Positions 60,103-64,000 of a DNA stretch of 64,000 bases are shown here, piece after piece (position 1 is the first letter of the stretch; the number at the start of each line of letters is the position of its first letter). Position numbers and translations under genes: made by a program. A model generated the notes under the pieces. The model was not told the DNA's origin. It saw nothing but the letters and a program-made list of their open reading frames with translations, and searched no databases. Origin of the DNA: an uncultured delta proteobacterium (GTDB lineage Bacteria > Myxococcota > Myxococcia > Myxococcales > Myxococcaceae); assembly GCA_963796055.1 (NCBI GenBank), contig CAWCKH010000004.1:3520001-3584000 (forward strand). The letters run 5' to 3'.

Positions 60103-62721
60103 TCACCGGGCGCGCCGCACCTCCCGGCCATCGAAGGCGAGGTCGGCCGCTGCGCTGCACGGGACCGAGTGCGCTCCCCACACCAGCTCGAAGGTGTGGT
60201 CCGCCATCCACGTCCCGAGCGGGCTGCAGTTGGCGACCACCCGCGGCGCGTCGGCGGTGAAGACCGGGCGCTCCCCGGCGTAGAGCCAGTAGAGGGGGTC
60301 CTGGTCCGCGTGCTTCGGCACCGGGAAGAACACCCAGGCGACGGCCACCGCCGCGGCGATGAGCACGCGTTCCGGTCGGAGCCAGCGCATGACCCGTTCT
60401 CCGAGCAGGCCTGCCCCCAGCGCCCCGAGCACCCAGGCGCACCCGGCCATCGCCGCGTGCACGTACCAGGGGTTCTTCTGGATCGGCACCGAGAAGCCCA
60501 CCACCACGACGCCCAGCAGCAACGCCCCGAGTACCAGCAGCCGCTGGTCGCCCTGCGCGGCACGCCGCCACCATCCGGGCCAGAGCGCCAGAGGAGCGAC
60601 CAGCAGGACGGGAAGGTACCAGCGGCCGAGCACGCCCAGGAAGTACAGCGAATCGTGCACCGGTCGCCCGCGCCCTTGGAGGGCAGAGGGGAGCAGCTGG
60701 TCGTGGAGGTACCGCGGGAGGAACGCCGGCTCGCCCACACCGGCGCGCCACAGCTCCAGCGCGCCGAATCCCGCCGCCACCACTGCCAGGGCCGAGCCGG
60801 CGGCCAGTGCCGTCCACCGCGCGGGGAGTCGCTGGCGCCAGGCCACCCAGGCCAGCACGGCGAAGGTCGCCAGCGCCGGTGGGCCCTTCACCCAGGCGGC
60901 GAAGGCGGTACCGCCGACGAAGAGCAACCAGCCCGTCCGCGGGGTCTCCCGGAGGAGCCCGGCCCCGACCACGGCGACCGCCAGCCCGAGGGCGAGCGGC
61001 GTCTCGAGCATCGGGTTCTGCGACTCGGAGAGAAACCCCGGGAGGCTGCACAGTCCCACGAGGGCGAGGCCTCCGGTGGTGGGCCCGCCGAACCGGCACG
61101 CCCCGAGGCCGATGACCGCGACCAGCAGCGTCCCGAGCAGCTGCGCCCATCTCCACGCCGAGGCCGGCCCTGGTCCCACGGCGCGCATCCAGGCCGCCTC
61201 CAGCCAGAACCCGAGCGGAGGGTGCTCGTCGAAGCGGGCGCCGTCGAGCCGGGGGCTCGCCCACTGCACGACCGGCACTGCCGCCAGACCCTCGGCGAGC
61301 CGCGCATAGCAGGCTGCATCGGTCCCGCGGAGGATCGCCGGCCCGGGCCGCACCCAGACGGTCCCCAGCGCGAGCAGCACCGCCGCCGCCAGGAATGCCC
61401 AGGAACGCCCGGGGAAGGCCGGCCGCGTCGGGCGATCGAGGCCGGACGGACGCGGCGGCTCCATGCCCACCGGCACCGCTGGTGCGCGCCAGAGCCCCGT
61501 CCGGCGCGCCGTCACCACCACTGCGCAGCCGGCAATCACCAGACCGAGGAGCGCGTGGTACCGCATCCGCAGCAGCAGGTGGAAGCCCCGGTCCCCGAGC
61601 ACGTCCCAGTTCAGCGCCACGGCGGTGAACGCCAGCACCCAGCCGCACAGGCGCCGCACACGGGCCCGCACCGGATCGGCTCCGGGATGGCGGGCGAAGA
61701 CCAGAGTCAGCGCAGGGAGCAGGGCCAGGAGGTTCGTCCTCCATCCCAGCGGAGAGAGCAGCGCGGTCCCGTGAAGGACCAGCGCCAGCGCCAGGGCATC
61801 CGCCCCGGGAGGGTGATGGCGCGCCACGGCCCGGACAGACGCCGCCGCGGCGGCGACCAGCCCCGTGGCCAGCAGCGCTGCGCTGGCGGCAAAGACGGGG
61901 GACCCGGGCGCCACACCGCTGTAGGTGCACACCAGCGCGGCGACGCTCTGGTTCTGCGGGTCACAGAGCCCACCGGGCGTGGTGGCCGTCAGCAGCTGCA
62001 CCCACGCCTCGGTCTGGTGGAGCGCCTCGGTTGGGCCCAGCGCCAGTCCCAGCACGCCGAAGGCGGCGGCGATGCCCAGGAGGAACCCGTCGGCACGGCG
62101 CGCCTCCCCGCGCCAGACCACCAGCAGGCCCAGGAGGAGGAACGGCGGCTTCACCAGGCAGGCCAGCGCCCAGAGCATGCCCGAGCGGAGCGGTGCGGTC
62201 TTCCGGCGGTGCTCGCTCTCCGCGACGAGCCAGAGGAGCAGCGCATCGCACTGCCCGAGGGCGAAGAGGTGGGCGATGAGCGGGAACACCGCGAGCAGCA
62301 GCAGCGCCTCCCCCCGGGCATCGGCGCCCGCGCCCAGCGCGCGGTGGCTCCAGCGCACCACCCGGAGAATCGCCAGAGCGGAGACCACCAGCCATGCCAG
62401 GTATCCGATCCGCTCCGGCAGCCAGCCCAGGGGGACGAGCGGAAGCGCCACGGGCGGGGCGTACTTGAAGGGCATCAGCCCATCGGACGCCTGGTAGGGG
62501 CTCACGCCGTGCCAGAGGCGCCAGCCCGCGAGCCGGAAGACGTCGAAGTCGCTGCCTGCCTTGAGCAGCCAGGCATGGGCGACGAGGCCGAAGAGCAGCA
62601 GGACGGCGGCCGCCCGCCACCCGCCGTCGGAAGCCGAGACCGGGACCGAACCCGGAAACGTCCCCGCGGGGTGCCGCGGTGCGTTTCCCCCTTGCCTCGC
62701 CCCGGTTTCTGCGTGAGACAT
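60103..62721 (-). CDS. GT-C glycosyltransferase ORF: GT87-like (DUF2029) domain followed in frame by an ArnT/GT39-like domain
   Basis: DFDVF..AG, FKYAPP, LGQ, VKPP, NQSV (GT87-like); D...YARLA, FDEHPPL..WL, KGP, KNPWY (ArnT-like); no stop between them, internal ATG at 61464; start uncertain. Confidence 0.7.
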   Translation of the reverse strand: MSHAETGARQGGNAPRHPAGTFPGSVPVSASDGGWRAAAVLLLFGLVAHAWLLKAGSDFDVFRLAGWRLWHGVSPYQASDGLMPFKYAPPVALPLVPLGWLPERIGYLAWLVVSALAILRVVRWSHRALGAGADARGEALLLLAVFPLIAHLFALGQCDALLLWLVAESEHRRKTAPLRSGMLWALACLVKPPFLLLGLLVVWRGEARRADGFLLGIAAAFGVLGLALGPTEALHQTEAWVQLLTATTPGGLCDPQNQSVAALVCTYSGVAPGSPVFAASAALLATGLVAAAAASVRAVARHHPPGADALALALVLHGTALLSPLGWRTNLLALLPALTLVFARHPGADPVRARVRRLCGWVLAFTAVALNWDVLGDRGFHLLLRMRYHALLGLVIAGCAVVVTARRTGLWRAPAVPVGMEPPRPSGLDRPTRPAFPGRSWAFLAAAVLLALGTVWVRPGPAILRGTDAACYARLAEGLAAVPVVQWASPRLDGARFDEHPPLGFWLEAAWMRAVGPGPASAWRWAQLLGTLLVAVIGLGACRFGGPTTGGLALVGLCSLPGFLSESQNPMLETPLALGLAVAVVGAGLLRETPRTGWLLFVGGTAFAAWVKGPPALATFAVLAWVAWRQRLPARWTALAAGSALAVVAAGFGALELWRAGVGEPAFLPRYLHDQLLPSALQGRGRPVHDSLYFLGVLGRWYLPVLLVAPLALWPGWWRRAAQGDQRLLVLGALLLGVVVVGFSVPIQKNPWYVHAAMAGCAWVLGALGAGLLGERVMRWLRPERVLIAAAVAVAWVFFPVPKHADQDPLYWLYAGERPVFTADAPRVVANCSPLGTWMADHTFELVWGAHSVPCSAAADLAFDGREVRRAR

Positions 62722-62745
62722 GCGCGCCCCCCGGGCGAACATCCC

Positions 62746-63921
62746 ATGAAGATCCACGAGTATCAGGGCAAAGAGCTGTTCCGGAAATACGGGGTGCCCA
62801 CCCCACGCGGCGTCCTGGCCACTACTCCCGAGGAGGCCGAGAAGGCCGCGACTTCCCTGGGGACCCCGGTGGTGGTGGTGAAAGCGCAGATCCACGCCGG
62901 CGGGCGGGGCAAGGGGGGCGGGGTGAAGCTCGCCCGGAGCCCGGCCGAGGCGAAGGCGCTCGCCACCCAGCTGCTGGGGATGATGCTCAAGACCCACCAG
63001 ACCGGCCCCGAGGGGCAGAAGGTCAACAAGGTCTACGTCGAGGAGGGGCTCCCCATCGAGCGGGAGTTCTACCTGGGCATGACCCTCGACCGTGCCACCT
63101 CGCGCCTGTCGCTCATGGCCTCGAGCGAGGGTGGGGTGGAGATCGAGGAGGTCGCCGCCAAGCACCCCGAGAAGATCCTCGTCGAGTCGATCGACCCGGT
63201 GGTGGGGCTGGCAGACTACCAGGCCCGGAAGCTCGCCTTCGGCCTGGGTCTGAAGGGCGACAGCGTCGGCAAGTTCGTGGTGTTCGCCCGGGCCCTCTAC
63301 CGCTGCTACCTCGAGACCGACGCCTCGCTGGCGGAGGTCAATCCCCTGGTGCTCCTCAAGGACGGCTCGGTGGTGGCGCTCGACGCCAAGCTGAACTTCG
63401 ACGACAACGCCCTCTACCGGCACAAGGACCTGGTCGCCTACCGCGACGTCGCGGAGGAGGACCCGATCGAGGCCCAGGCCAAGGAGTTCGACCTGGCCTA
63501 CATCTCGCTCGACGGCAACATCGGCTGCATGGTGAACGGCGCCGGCCTGGCGATGGCGACGATGGACACCATCAAGCTGGTGGGCGGGCAGCCGGCGAAC
63601 TTCCTCGACGTGGGCGGCGGGGCGAGCAAGGAGAAGGTGACCGCGGCGTTCAAGCTCATCCTCAGCTCGCCGGCGGTGAAGGCGGTGCTGATCAACATCT
63701 TCGGCGGGATCATGAAGTGCGACGTCATCGCCGAGGGCGTGGTGGCCGCCGCCCGCGAGGTGCACTTGAAGATCCCCCTGGTGGTCCGCCTCGAGGGCAC
63801 CAACGTGGAGCAGGGCAAGGAGATCCTCCGGCACTCCGCGCTGGCGATCATCGCGGCCGACAACCTTCGCCAGGCGGCGGAGAAGGCCGTGGCCGCGGTC
63901 CGGGGAGAGAAGGTGTCATGA
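62746..63921 (+). CDS. sucC: Succinyl-CoA synthetase beta subunit
   Basis: [57 protein letters not shown]. Confidence 0.98.
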   Translation: MKIHEYQGKELFRKYGVPTPRGVLATTPEEAEKAATSLGTPVVVVKAQIHAGGRGKGGGVKLARSPAEAKALATQLLGMMLKTHQTGPEGQKVNKVYVEEGLPIEREFYLGMTLDRATSRLSLMASSEGGVEIEEVAAKHPEKILVESIDPVVGLADYQARKLAFGLGLKGDSVGKFVVFARALYRCYLETDASLAEVNPLVLLKDGSVVALDAKLNFDDNALYRHKDLVAYRDVAEEDPIEAQAKEFDLAYISLDGNIGCMVNGAGLAMATMDTIKLVGGQPANFLDVGGGASKEKVTAAFKLILSSPAVKAVLINIFGGIMKCDVIAEGVVAAAREVHLKIPLVVRLEGTNVEQGKEILRHSALAIIAADNLRQAAEKAVAAVRGEKVS

Positions 63922-64000
63922 GCATCCTGGTCGATCAGAACACCCGGGTGCTGATGCAGGGCATCACCGGCTCGGCCGGCTCGTTCCACGCTGGCCAGAT
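63918..64000 (+). CDS. sucD: Succinyl-CoA synthetase alpha subunit (3' partial)
   Basis: ATGA overlap with suc[23 protein letters not shown]. Confidence 0.9.
   Translation, partial: MSILVDQNTRVLMQGITGSAGSFHAGQ

Noticed and set aside
57252..63921. Very long overlapping ORFs (57252-60740 minus, 60169-63921 plus N-terminal part, 62722-63834 minus) and similar ones across the window
   Set aside because: Shadow ORFs typical of high-GC DNA: antisense or out of frame to well-supported genes, with Arg/Pro/Gly-rich or motif-free translations.

Overview
High-GC chromosomal window, most likely from a myxobacterium (Myxococcota); this is inferred from gene content, gene order and codon usage. I found no rRNA, tRNA, integrase, transposase or CRISPR array. 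Layout: (1) 1-17.1 kb is housekeeping: MlaC-like, tRNA nucleotidyltransferase, mnmA, sppA, HIT, LapB-like TPR, SPOR, cupin, a repeat lipoprotein, an RHH protein, two NDP-sugar enzymes, lepA-lepB, pyrB-pyrC-carA. (2) 18.3-29.7 kb is a divergent menaquinone cluster (aroF-menG on the minus strand; menFDHBACE-polyprenyl synthase-GbsR/MarR regulator on the plus strand) with two copies of the palindrome GTTCAAG-N4-CTTGAAC, a likely operator. (3) 29.9-49.2 kb is the most interesting part, a low-oxygen bioenergetic block. KorAB-type 2-oxoacid:ferredoxin oxidoreductase and a di-iron ferritin-like protein are tightly linked to a complex I lacking nuoEFG (nuoA, fused BC, D, H, I with a 63-bp tandem-repeat tail, J, K, L, M, N). 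A hemerythrin, a PFOR (nifJ) and a DHOD-like flavoprotein lacking the catalytic Cys follow. (4) 50-64 kb holds pyk and a TCA cluster (gltA, icd, mdh, an internally deleted sdhC, sdhAB, sucCD), plus a GT87-ArnT glycosyltransferase ORF. Non-coding points of interest are two long nested palindromes (17.25-17.63 kb with an AT-rich core; 56.73-56.94 kb, rod-like) and a candidate sRNA at 51.64-51.81 kb. Single-base frameshifts in carA and nuoM are probably sequencing errors. All product calls come from motif recognition only; no database searches were run.
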